Shown piece by piece: positions 52,932 to 64,000 of a stretch of DNA of 64,000 nt. The notes under the pieces were generated by a model. The model did not search any database. It saw nothing but the letters and a program-made list of their open reading frames with translations, and was not told the origin of the DNA. A program made the position numbers and the translations under genes. Position 1 is the first letter of the stretch; every line of letters starts with the position of its first letter. This DNA is from Callorhinchus milii (Eukaryota): contig NW_024704742.1 in assembly GCF_018977255.1 (NCBI RefSeq), positions 11,596,001 through 11,660,000 on the forward strand, given 5' to 3'.

Positions 52932-53479
52932 GTAAGAGCCAGTATCCTCTTGAAGTGGGTTGGAATGACAATCACCATTTAAATAAACTCATTGATTTTG
53001 GATTACTTACTGTATTGGGTATTAAGAAGCTCGCAGTCAAGCAATTTGAGGGAGATTAATGATAGTTCAATTAACAAAAGCTTTGTGGATCTGATTAACA
53101 AGTATCTTGGAAGTTTACCAATGGAGGTGCTGAAATCTTTAATGAACTTGTCCGTTTGCTCAAGACTGTGCTTGGAGATAGTTTTTATCTAAAGCGCGTT
53201 GGGCACAATTAAGAAATATTATTTTGAAATGTTTTTCTGAAATTGAGTATTCTAGAAAGATGAGATCAGATAGGTCAAAGAGCCTTCTCTTATGAATCTT
53301 GAGAGCCTAGGTCATGGAGAGTGATAGGGGCAAACTGCCTCCTCCACACTTTCACTATAACTTTCACTATAACGGTAACGATTTATGTCACTTGCCTTTA
53401 GGTTGTACGTCCTCAACTAAATTCCTTGTGGTGTTGATTCATAAACCCCTGGAGGATAAATGAAAATATGAACAAATGG

Positions 53480-54090
53480 TGTAGTGGTCAAAGTGTATGA
53501 GAGACTGAAAGCTAGTTTGCAGGTGTAGAAAGCAATCAAAAACACTAATGGGATCCTGTATTTTACAGGAAGCGGTCTGTAATATAAATGCAAACAGTTC
53601 CTGCTCCAGCTAAACAGAGAAGTGCTCAGGCCTCATTTGGAATATTGTGTTCTGTTTTGGGGCCCATATTTTTAGGAAGAATATATTCGTCTTGGAAGGT
53701 TTCCAATGACAATTTACTGGATTATTAACAAGGAATGAGCGAGTTTAGCTATGAGGCTAGGTAAGATTGTGTTATGTTATCCAGAGCTGAAAAGGTTAAG
53801 TAGTTATCTGACTGAGGTGGTTAAAATAATGAAGGGAATTAACAGGCTAGATTGGGTCTCTTCCATGGGTAGAGAACATTTCAAAACAAAGGAGCGCAAT
53901 CATAAAATCAGAGCTATCCCGGGCAGAAACAAGACCAAAAAATGTTTCTTCACAGAAAGCGGGGTGTGAATGCGTAGTGCGTTGCCCAAGAAGGCCATCA
54001 ATGTCAAATTAATGGGGAAGTTTAATCAGGAGATAGACGGATATTTGAGAGGTTGGGGATATAGAGAAAGGGCGGAGAAATGAGATTTAA
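53480..54090 (+). mobile_element. Old degraded CR1 LINE 3' region
   Basis: Remnants RPHLEYCVLFWGPY, KIMKGINRLD and KCFFTE. Confidence 0.75.
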
Positions 54091-54819
54091 ACATCTGCCA
54101 TTACCTAATAAAAGTTACAGAATCCAGCTGAATTGCAGAGTCACAGAGACACTGATGGAATGTTTGAACCTACCTTGACGCTGATTTGCTCCTCATATAC
54201 ATTTATCTCAGGATATGAGTTTCAGTGATTACTGGGACTATCATAGACTGAGAGTGTCACAATTGCCACTTTGTTAAACTAAGTGACCTTCCTTCACCAA
54301 GCAACATAATGCTGTCTCACTGCCTTGCTCTGTTGATCATTTGGGACCAACAAACGATTGTTGAAATTTATAGAAGTAAAAATAACGCAATATCATATTT
54401 AGATTATGGTTGGCCATTTTGTAAATGCATTGCCAAAAATATCACTCTCCTGATATGCTTTCAAAATGGATGAATCATTCAGTTTCTTGAAGGCAAGAGG
54501 TATAAGGGTCACAGTATTTTTGAAGATAACTGTTTGTTTTAATGATGTCATTGCAACTTGGCTTCAGACTGTGTAGCTAGTATCCTGTCTGCTTTGTCAA
54601 TTGCCTTCTTTCTGTGGCAAAAACTGGCTTCTGTAGCAATCTGCCCCCAATTTACCTCTGTCTGATGAGATGTTCACTTTTTCTCTCTCCCACTCCCCTC
54701 TCCCAAGCCCAGGACTGTCAGAATTTATTTGTCTGCATTCCTTCCTGGTTGATTTAATGCACAAACATATGCATCCAAAGTACAGAAATCATTCGACAAA
54801 TGGCTTACCTCTAAGTATT

Positions 54820-55030
54820 TAACATTTGAAGGTCTTGATATTCCTTCCTAAAGTGTGGTGCCCAGAATTGGACACAATATTCCAGCTGAGGCCTCACCAT
54901 TGACTTATAAAGGTTTAGCAGAACTTCCTTGCTTTTGTACTCTATGCTCTATTTGTAAAGTCAAGGATCCCATATGCTTCTTTAACATCTCTATCAACCT
55001 GTCCTGTCACCTTCAAGATCTGTGTTTGTG
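54820..55030 (-). mobile_element. CR1 ORF2 fragment
   Basis: Reverse strand [24 protein letters not shown]. Confidence 0.8.
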
Positions 55031-55390
55031 AGTAGCTAGGATCTCTGAGGTTTTGTAACTGTTTTTGCTGGTCCCTTGCCTGTCTGTGTTGGTCAATGAC
55101 TATACCACTGTACACTGTATATCAGCAATTTCTGTTTTGTGTTCCCAGCACACAAAATAAATTTAAAAGTAAATATTTAAATGGATGTCCTGAACAATTA
55201 CCATTTGCTGACAGTTATAGTTCCAGCTCTATTGTTATTTAAGATGCATCAAAACAATCATGGGGTTAATACATCATTGGTTAGAGAATTCTGAGAAGGA
55301 GGGTACTCTCACTTATGACTGACTATTAGTCCAGTCTGAATAGTCAGCATTCATCCAATTGATACTTCTGGGTCTTGTGTGATATTGTGT

Positions 55391-55520
55391 GGAGTCCTGT
55401 AGCTCAGTGGTTAGAGCACTCACCTTGCAAGCGAGAGACCTGAGTTCTATTCCCGGCACAGCGAAATGTTGGGCAAGTTTCCTTGTCTCTGTTTACCTAG
55501 CAGTATGTAGGAACCCGGTT
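55391..55520 (+). mobile_element. tRNA-Ala SINE head
   Basis: GGAGTCCTGTAGCTCAGTGGTTAGAGCACTCACCTTGCAAGCGAGAGACCTGAGTTC. Confidence 0.85.
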
Positions 55521-57034
55521 CCTTCAAAAAATTCCTTCNAAAAAAATTCTCGATGCATTGCTTAGAAAAAAATCATAATGAGCACATTTCTTAAACATAG
55601 TTTGTGGTTTTAGTCAAGTTAGTTTTAGAAATTCAGTAATTACACATTTCTTATTTAGAAACCTGTTCAGAAAATACCAGAATACCACAACAGGCTGAGC
55701 ATGGATCGAGCTGTTATGCCTGCATTGCCTGGCATCAATGAGCCTGTTCAACTGTCGTCTGTGAAAAAGCATGACTCAGACAGACAGACAGACAGGTTTG
55801 TTGTGTGGGAATCCAATGATTAGGGGCAGTTTCTTGAAATATCTTAAAACAGCTCAGTCTTTATAATGCTCTCTTACGATCTGAGCCATTGTCCAGTGTG
55901 TGAAAGTGCAGCAGCAGATGGTGCCTTACTTACCCTGAGCAAGAACAATAACAACAAATTACATTTGCAATTTGTGCAAATTGGTGCCTTTCATGTCAGG
56001 GAGACGTACCAAAGCGCTTTACTGTGAAGTGGAGGGACTATGTGTTTGTAGGCAAATGCAGCAGCCTATTTGTGCACAGCAGTGTCCCACAAACATCCAC
56101 GAAACGAACGACCAATTTTATTTTCTGGTCTCTTTATTTTTTCCTTTCCTGCCTCGTCNTTTTTTGACTCACATGTTTGCTTTATTGGTATCTTACCTTT
56201 GTCTTGCATCAGTGCCTCACAAAAAAACACTCATCTCAAAAACTGGCATTGTCACAGTTTGACCTGAATTCAAAGAACCGTACTTGGTTGATGATTTCAT
56301 TACCTTGAAAGCTGGTCTAAGGAAACGATTCATCTCTCAGAAAAGTCATTGCAGTAGGTATTACTGCATTTCTTGAATTTATTTCTTTTCAAACAGCAAC
56401 ATTTGCAAATCCAAATAATTTAAACACAATTTCTGCATTCCATGTATGGTTGGTAAAGAAATAATAAGATTGTAAAGATTGGTTTATGGATTTGGGGATG
56501 CACAATACAAAGTGCTAATGTGGTGCACAACATTTAGCACAAACCTGAGAAGCAAAGAGCAGCCTATTGACTATTAAATATAAATTTAAAAAGCTGCTTC
56601 AATGTTTGTTAAAGGAAATGCCCGATGTGAAACTGAGCAGTTGAGATTTGAACATTCCCTCTTTTAGTCCCGTTTATGCTGAGCTACCTCATCTGACCCA
56701 GCTACTTGCTCTTTCAAGGCACAAATCAAAATATACTGCTTTGATTGCGCTTTTGGTTATCTATCCCCTCCCCATCCCACTCAGCTCCCAACCATAGATC
56801 GGGTGCCCATATGGGCTCAGGTATGAAGGACAACCATTTGGGTGAGGTACTAGGGGTTTGTAGATACTGAAGGCTATCCAGGGCCCTTGGAGTTGTATCC
56901 GAGCGTGTGTCTGTGTCTTGGCGAGTAAGGGTTCAAACGTTTCTAACTTGGGTTGAAAGAAAATGATTACCCAAACTGTTTGTTTAAAAAAAATGCATTA
57001 CTATCTTAATTGGCTCTTTTTTTATTCTTTACAG

Positions 57035-57203
57035 GTCATGGGTCATAGGGGCGATAGCACTCCTTTGCCTCCTTGGACTAACTTGGGCTTTTGGACTTAT
57101 GTTCATTAACGACAGCACAGTTATCATGGCATATCTCTTCACCATTTTCAACTCGCTGCAGGGAATGTTCATATTCATTTTCCACTGTGTCCTCCAAAAG
57201 AAG
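57035..57203 (+). CDS. ADGRL3: TM6-TM7 exon
   Basis: CAG ending 57034, GTTAGT at 57204, 169 nt, phase 2-0. [23 protein letters not shown]...[19 protein letters not shown]. Confidence 0.97.
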
Positions 57204-58169
57204 GTTAGTCTTGTCTATCAAAGGAATATATATATATATATCTATGAATATATTGGACTGGGGGGAAAAGTAAAGGAAGTCGGGTAAATGTCCTTCCTCT
57301 TGATGGCTCTTGTTCAGTGTTATCACAATACTGCAGAAATCAACTGCTTCATTGCTCAATAAGGAGACAGAAAGGTCTAGTAAGAGTTTATTAATTCTTG
57401 TGCAGGCATTAACCTTTCCTCCTCTATAAATATCCTTAATTGTCTTTCCAGATTTGAGTATTTATGGTTTAAACTCTTAACCTTCTGAAGTCAGGAAATA
57501 GCAATTTCAGAGCGATCAGTTTTCTATTGCTAATTTCATTTGTGTGTATCAGCACAAAAGATGCACAAAATGAGGGGTTGGAACACTCTGCTTTGAATAA
57601 GTTGAACAAACGCCTGTTGAAGCTGTTCAGTGGAATTTCAAGTCATATGCAGTAAAACTGACAAATTTAGTAAAACTCACAGCTTTGAATTGTAGATACC
57701 TATTTTAAGCTGCAATATATAGCAACACAGCTCTATTTGGAAATCACTTCATATTGTTGTATGGACAGTGCAGGTGTCAAATGATTACTCCTCCATCAGC
57801 AGAAATTTTAAAACACAGCATCAAGTCTAAGCAACTGCTTCACCCGTGTCCTGATAAAGATGGAAATAGAAGAAGCATGCATTGCCTTACAATGACAAAA
57901 CACGTCTTCCCCAAACCTAAACCAGTCATATTTATAAGTGAACCCAATTTCAATGCTCTTAACATGGGGTGTGAGAACTGACCCTAGATCCACAAGGATT
58001 GCACCAACTCTGCCCAGGCTGCGTAGGATGCAAGGCTTACATTGAATGGAATTTCGATAAATTATGTGGATTCTGGTATAAGGGGCACAATCTCTAAGTT
58101 TGTAGATGATATGGAAATAGAGAGTATAGCTAAAAATAAAGAAGATTCTAGGCAACTTAAATGCTTATT

Positions 58170-58480
58170 CCAGGCTGACGCCCTAGTGCATTGCTAGGAG
58201 GAGTGTTGAGTTGTTGAAGATACCATCCTTCAAATAAGACATGAAATCATCTAAGGTGAATGTTAAAGATTCCATAACTCTTACTTGCAAATTGAGTTTC
58301 TCGCAGTGTCCTGGCCAACCATCCTCCAGATGAATTAATCATTCACTTCAAGGCTGTTTTGGGAACATTACTCTGCCCATATTAACTACCACGTTTGCTT
58401 ACAAATCCAGTAACTAAGCCTGACAGCAATTCCTGTGAAGCACTTTGAAATGTTATGGATCTTATGTCAAACCAAATATT
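58170..58480 (+). mobile_element. Degraded Deu-type SINE
   Basis: GGTGAATGTTAAAGATTCCAT...GTGTCCTGGCCAAC, then a TGTGAAGCACTTTG tail. Confidence 0.6.
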
Positions 58481-61400
58481 ATTATATTTCTACTGTATTG
58501 GGAAGCTTTACCTTTTTCAAGGACACTATTTCAAGGTGCAGATATAGTGCTAGTCATTCAAGGTCTGTTTTCTCAGATAATTGCTCTAATTATGCTTTAT
58601 TAACCTATCATTCAAAAACAATCTAGATGCAAAATATTTGGCTATGATGCAAGGTTTAAGAGTTGGATCCAATCTTGCCTGAAGTTGCTGGAGGACTGTT
58701 CTACCCGAGGACCTTATAGATCAAGATCTGAAATCCAGCTCATTCTAGATTCTATTTAGCTGTTATTTTAAATTTTCTTTGATAAGCAGAAATGTACTTA
58801 CTCAAGGCCATCAGACCTCACCTGCCTTTGCGGTTCAACTGTTACATTTCTACTAAATGTATGAATGCCTTTTGGTGGGAGAGCGGCTTAAAGGTATAGT
58901 CTCTGTAAATGTGCGGTATTTTCCCAAGGGGAATATCCTTCGATAGTACAGGACTATCTTCAACAAAACTCTGTGGCTATAGTTAAGCTACATATTGAAC
59001 AGCTTGTCTAGGATTGTTGTTGTTCTTTTATAGATAAAACAATGAATCAGGCTCTCATTACCCGTTTGGGCTTGAAATTCTCCTGCATTCGAGGACCTCC
59101 TGGGACATAGTGTAGTGAAATTTCTATGGATCCAAATTTTTAAAGGGAAAACCATCTCCATGAAATTTATGGCTAAAATGATTATCCTCCTAATGCAATG
59201 TAATGAATGTGTATTTTTGTTTCTGCCACGAACGGGTGAAAATATAAATTTTGAGCTCAGTTACTATTAGCTGACTGCAGCAGATTTAGGACGTTGCACA
59301 AGTAAAGGGTAAAATGTGGCTATTGTACATTTTGTGCCCCATTAGATTATATATTGAATTCCCGCACCTTCTTGTTTATGCAAATACTGGATTGCATAAC
59401 CAAACATGACAGAGTTGAAGAGTTTTCAGCTTTCAGATACTAGAGTACAGCATTGCTGTTCATGACAGAAATGTGCAGAATAGCTCCAGATTCTAATGTT
59501 TACTGCATTTAATGAATGAGATGCATTGAGAAACATTCACGATTCCTGTATGGGTCTCCCTAATTCCACTTTATACTCAAGAACCTCTCATTTTACTGAT
59601 TGTACTTTAAAAACTGAAACCCATGTGGTACTCACAGGGCTTATGAATATCCAAAAATGTTTTCAATGTTAAAATATGATTGGTGAATTGTTAATTTCTC
59701 GTGGACTGCAAATTATGATAACTACACATAAATTTTAAACACAGCATCAAGTCTAAGCAGCTGCATCTATTTAAATGATAACGTGTTGAGGTGAAGATTT
59801 AAATATGGATGACAGTGAGTATGTAGAGACAGTGATAGACAATTAAAAGTTTACATAAAGAGTCCATAACAATATTCAAAAGGGAAAAATGAATTAGAGT
59901 AGCAATAATCACCAGTGGGGAAACTAGCACTAATGCATTGATACATGATAGGCCAAATAACTCCTGCATTGTAAACATTCTAATATTGTATGAAAATAGT
60001 CACAGTATATTTCACAACTTGATGGAAGTCAGTTCTTAGGAAGGATTTGTTGAGTTGAGATCTGAGCTCTTCTTGTAACTTCGTTCGTTTCACTAGTGTA
60101 AGTAGTGATCGTGAGATCAAGAGGATATTTGTTATTGCGAGAAACTTGCAGTGATGGATTCTGTGATAATAAGCATTGATCTTAGCTTCAAACCACCTGG
60201 ATGTTTATTTTGCTTGTTGCTGTTTTCACAGAGAATCATGGATCAATGGTAGAAATAGTGTCCTGACTTCAGAAACATGTTGGGGGGGGAAAGAGAGCAT
60301 TGATAATAGTAATTCAAATGCTAGTACAGTCATATGGTGTGATCTACTCATTACAGGTCTTTCAAAAAAGGTGGCTTTTTAAGTGGTGACTGAGTGAGGC
60401 TCTGTGCACTGAGCATGGCACTTTCATGAGGCATTGTTTACTGTGTTCAGGCTGGAAGTAATCATTAAAAAATAAATAATTACTTCTCTTTCTCTTGGCC
60501 ATGTGAAAGATAACAATTAATGGCAGAGGCTTTAATTGCAGTGTTATGTGATAACTTTGATTGTCATTTCAGTGCAGAGATTCAATTAAAATTGAATTCA
60601 CTTTCATCCATTTGCTGTGTTTATATTTGATATACTGACTGGTTTAAAAAAGTTAAACAGAACACTGATGATTTTTACCTGGTCTTATTCATAATGGGTT
60701 GGAAGACGATGACATAAAACTTACGGTGTTATTATTAACCAAACACATATTGATATTCTGAAAGATAATATCATCACGGAATGAGTACTGTGTTTCCAGC
60801 AATGGGCCATAGAATTGACCAGTGGTTAAGCTGTATATTGTTTCCTGACAAAGCTGCAGAAACTAGGTTTAATATGAATATTATTGCATTCTGTGGACTT
60901 TGGAGCAATCTGACTTTTGATATCTGCTCCTGACACATACACCAAATATATTGCCTACATAAAACTAATGCTGTTGTAACTGGAATGCATTCAAGACTGC
61001 ACCAAAGAATTTAGATTACTATAAGTGACTTTTCCTATTTTTTTTAAAAGTTGCGCTTTGAGACATCTTGAAGTTGTAATGAGGCGCTATATCAAATGCA
61101 AATAATAATCAAATAATTATTATTGGGAAACCTCAGTACACATTAAGATGGTTGACATGAAGAGGAAAGAAAATTACATAAATCAATAAGTAGCTAATGA
61201 CATTAAACATGAGTCTTTAAAGGTCGCAGATTGAGGGAGGAATACAATAAAAATATTAATTCTTGAATTTCATATCGAACCTTATCACATCAATGAGACA
61301 CTTCAAAGCGCTTCGTAAGATTTTACAATGAAACGTGGCGACCATATATTTGTAGAAGAACAGATCAAACTTCTCTTAAGCGAAACAGAAGAACAAGGAA

Positions 61401-61673
61401 GGAAAATAGTTCCAAAGTCCAAGAGATCAAGGAAAAGAATGAGTTACAGTTCTGGGAAATGTATCTTCCTGATGGCAGCTGGGTCCTGAAAAGCAGTTAC
61501 TATTCTGATGAAGGAATAAAGCAACTCAATTTTAATTGAATACGACACTGTACATGCAGTTGTCTTAATTGTTTATTTTCAAGTCATCCATGTGTTGTGT
61601 GGTTCTGCAGGTCTTGTGGGACATTGTAGGGGTGAAACTTTATTCTCACATAAGTTGTCATTTTGTTGTCTAG

Positions 61674-61799
61674 GTGAGGAAAGAATATGGCAGGTGTTTC
61701 CGCACACACTGCTGCAGCAGGAGGAGCACGGACAGCTCCCTTGGATCAGCAAAGACATCCAGTGCTCGAACTCCAGGACGCTATTCCACAGGTTCTCAA
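61674..61799 (+). CDS. ADGRL3: Helix 8 / proximal C-tail exon
   Basis: TAG ending 61673, GTAAGT at 61800, 126 nt, phase 0-0. VRKEYGRCFRTHCCS...RTPGRYSTGSQ. Confidence 0.96.
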
Positions 61800-63039
61800 G
61801 TAAGTCAGCCACTCTTTAAAATGGGAGCTTTCAATGTGAAATTTACCATGTGTGTCGTGCTGCAAGTTTCTAAATATTGTATCCATTTTCATCTGTGCAC
61901 AATTTATGTCGGAGAGCACAGATTATTGTTTCTTCCATCAAAATATTAATAAATTCATCATTCAATCTATGACTGTTTGTGGGACACTGCTGTGTGCAAT
62001 TGGCTGCTGCGTTTCGCCCCAAAAATATACAGTTAATTCACTTTACAGTATATTCTGTGAAGCGCTTTGAAACGTCTCGAAGGCATGATAAGGTGTTATA
62101 TTAGTGCAAGGATTATTATTATTACCATTGAATAGAGAGATTAAAAGTATGTACTTGGCATTCTTTATGTGGGTGGTTTTCTTCTCAGATAAGAGCACCT
62201 CAAGCTGAAGAGGTCTGCAGTTATTGAGCGCTTTCACCTTCCATTAATAATGGAATCATTTTCACAATGAGTTCAAAATGCATCACGTCAACTGCACCTG
62301 GGCATGTCACAGGTGGACCCCCAAATGTAGTCCTCAATGGCAGTGTTAGTGAATTTTTCTGCTTCACTGGAAGCCCTGCCACTAAAGGTTGATCTTTCCC
62401 AATGAGGACCAGTATGTTGAGATAGGGACTGAAGCTCCAGCAGAGCAGATCATAATGAGAAAAGCCATCCCATTCTTTCTAGAAGACAATGAACAATCTA
62501 CATCATCATGGAGTCTCCCAAATACATTTAGTCTCTTTGTGGAGCCAAATAACCACTTGTAATACTTTCAACGGCAGAGAACCTGAAATTGAAAGTTTTT
62601 CTGACTTCCTTCTCAAAAGTAAATGAGTGAAAATTCTTGGATAAAGCTTAAACTACGATGCTTCACAAGTTTTGACGACAGTCTTAGATATGGTAAGACC
62701 CTTTGACCTGCTGTCAAGGTGAGGCAAGAGTTCGCAATACAATCATTTTGACTTCTTAGTCCCCTCATTTTGTTGGTGCAAGTCTTATGGTCCAGCTGTT
62801 GTGAAGCACTGTTTTCATTGTTTGAAACTGATGAGATTTTATTGCTTATGCAAGACTTAGGGAAATCCCATCGGGCTTGTTTGTGCTTCGAATGTTCAGA
62901 AAAGAGGAATTTAGCAGCAGCCTAATTTATGAGGGGGCATTCTCTTGTGTCCTCTTGTTACTGAGCCACTGAGATTTGTTTTCAACAGGTTTTTACATGG
63001 CTCTTGTTTAGCAGGTTTCATCAGTGGTGGGCTGGTGAT

Positions 63040-63102
63040 GCTGCGCTCCAGGACACTACCCCGTGTGAAGGGCGCTATATAAATGCAACTTGTTGTTGTT
63101 GT
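63040..63102 (+). mobile_element. Short L2 3' tail
   Basis: GCGCTCCAGGACACTACCCCGTGTGAAGGGCGCTATATAAATGCAACTTGTTGTTG; similar stubs near 16138, 39400, 43523 and 63952. Confidence 0.75.
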
Positions 63103-63140
63103 TCACAACTCATTTGTGTTTATGTGTTGTTCTTTTCCAG

Positions 63141-63237
63141 AGCCGAATTCGAAGGATGTGGAATGACACAGTTCGAAAGCAATCTGAGTCATCCTTTATC
63201 ACTGGCGATATCAACAGCTCAGCATCACTTAACAGAG
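63141..63237 (+). CDS. ADGRL3: C-tail exon
   Basis: CAG ending 63140, GTTAGT at 63238, 97 nt, phase 0-1. [32 protein letters not shown]. Confidence 0.96.
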
Positions 63238-64000
63238 GTTAGTCAAAACAAGGAAAGGTATTATCCACTGCCTGTGCATCAATCAGTGATACCTTTTGGT
63301 AGAGATCTCATGATTTGTATTCCACTTCAACATGTTTTCCAGAGTAGAAAAGAATACAGTCTGAACTCAAAGACTCGTACAGTAATAAAGGAAACCTTTC
63401 AACTTCCATTGTTCTTACAATGAAGTTTGACACAGTATCATTGTGGATTTAACATGATGAAAAGAGTTTATTTTCTGAGCTGTAAAGGAATCTAGTACTA
63501 AAAGGATTAGTTTAGGAGTAAAAATGCAATTGCTAAATAGCTATTTATCAAAAATGAATTATGCTAATCCTGAATAAATACACATTTGCATTTTCAGTTT
63601 AATTTTATTTGGGTCTTGAATCTTGACTGGCTTGGTTCATCTGGGCTTTTTTAACCCCTAAGTGATCACATATAATCTTGCTTCACGATCCATTATTGCC
63701 TGAATCCATTGTTACTCAGCTAGTTGCTATTTTTATATAAAAGTGGTTATTGTGATAAGGAAAATTCTTAAGGTATATCACCTTAGGTATGCTTTTAAAA
63801 TCAGTGTGTCTAAACAGCCTTACGATGTGCTTTAAGACAGTATTGTTTCCTGCTTGTGTTACACAAGGAAGATTGTTCAGCCTCAACATACAAGTGACTA
63901 TAGATCATTACTTAAATGAGCACTAAACTCTATGGAGAGATTCAATAACATCAACAACAACTTGCATTTATATAGTGCCATTCACACAGAGTAGCATCTC

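Noticed and set aside
53749..53760. AG|CTATGAGGCTAG|GTAAGA as a 12-nt phase 2-2 microexon starting YE, like YEDNRPFIK
   Set aside because: It lies in a CR1 remnant at the position of the SYEERL motif and has no polypyrimidine tract.
54515..54542. TTTGAAGATAAC (FEDN) after a CAG, as the YEDNRPFIK exon
   Set aside because: In-frame TAA follows, there is no donor, and the upstream sequence is purine-rich. I could not find that exon by eye anywhere in the intron.
492..63423. Remaining 60-170 aa ORFs in the six-frame track as independent genes
   Set aside because: They are explained as exon read-through, repeat fragments or chance ORFs; I recognised no independent domain or nested gene.

Overview
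Vertebrate genomic DNA, not prokaryotic. The repeat content (tRNA-Ala SINEs with L2 tails, Deu-domain SINEs, L2 and CR1 LINEs) suggests a cartilaginous fish, possibly a chimaera; this is inference. The whole window lies inside one + strand gene, a latrophilin-3-type adhesion GPCR (ADGRL3/LPHN3 or a close paralogue). I assembled 13 phase-consistent GT-AG coding exons (1205-63237, 1894 nt, about 631 aa, no stop). They cover the GAIN domain, an intact GPS site (HL/TNFAVLM), all seven TM helices and the start of the C-tail. Both ends of the gene lie outside the window. The most interesting observations are: (1) a probable extra 42-nt in-frame ICL3 cassette exon at 52890-52931 that resembles an ADGRL2 splice insert; (2) signs that the gene may be a divergent ADGRL3 paralogue; (3) a near-perfect palindrome with 77-bp arms and a hammerhead-ribozyme-like core; (4) a 39-nt cassette exon followed by three RBFOX motifs; (5) three LINE-into-SINE nested insertions with readable TSDs. 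I found no convincing wholly new biological system. Comparisons with human proteins and repeat families are from memory and need confirming by alignment.
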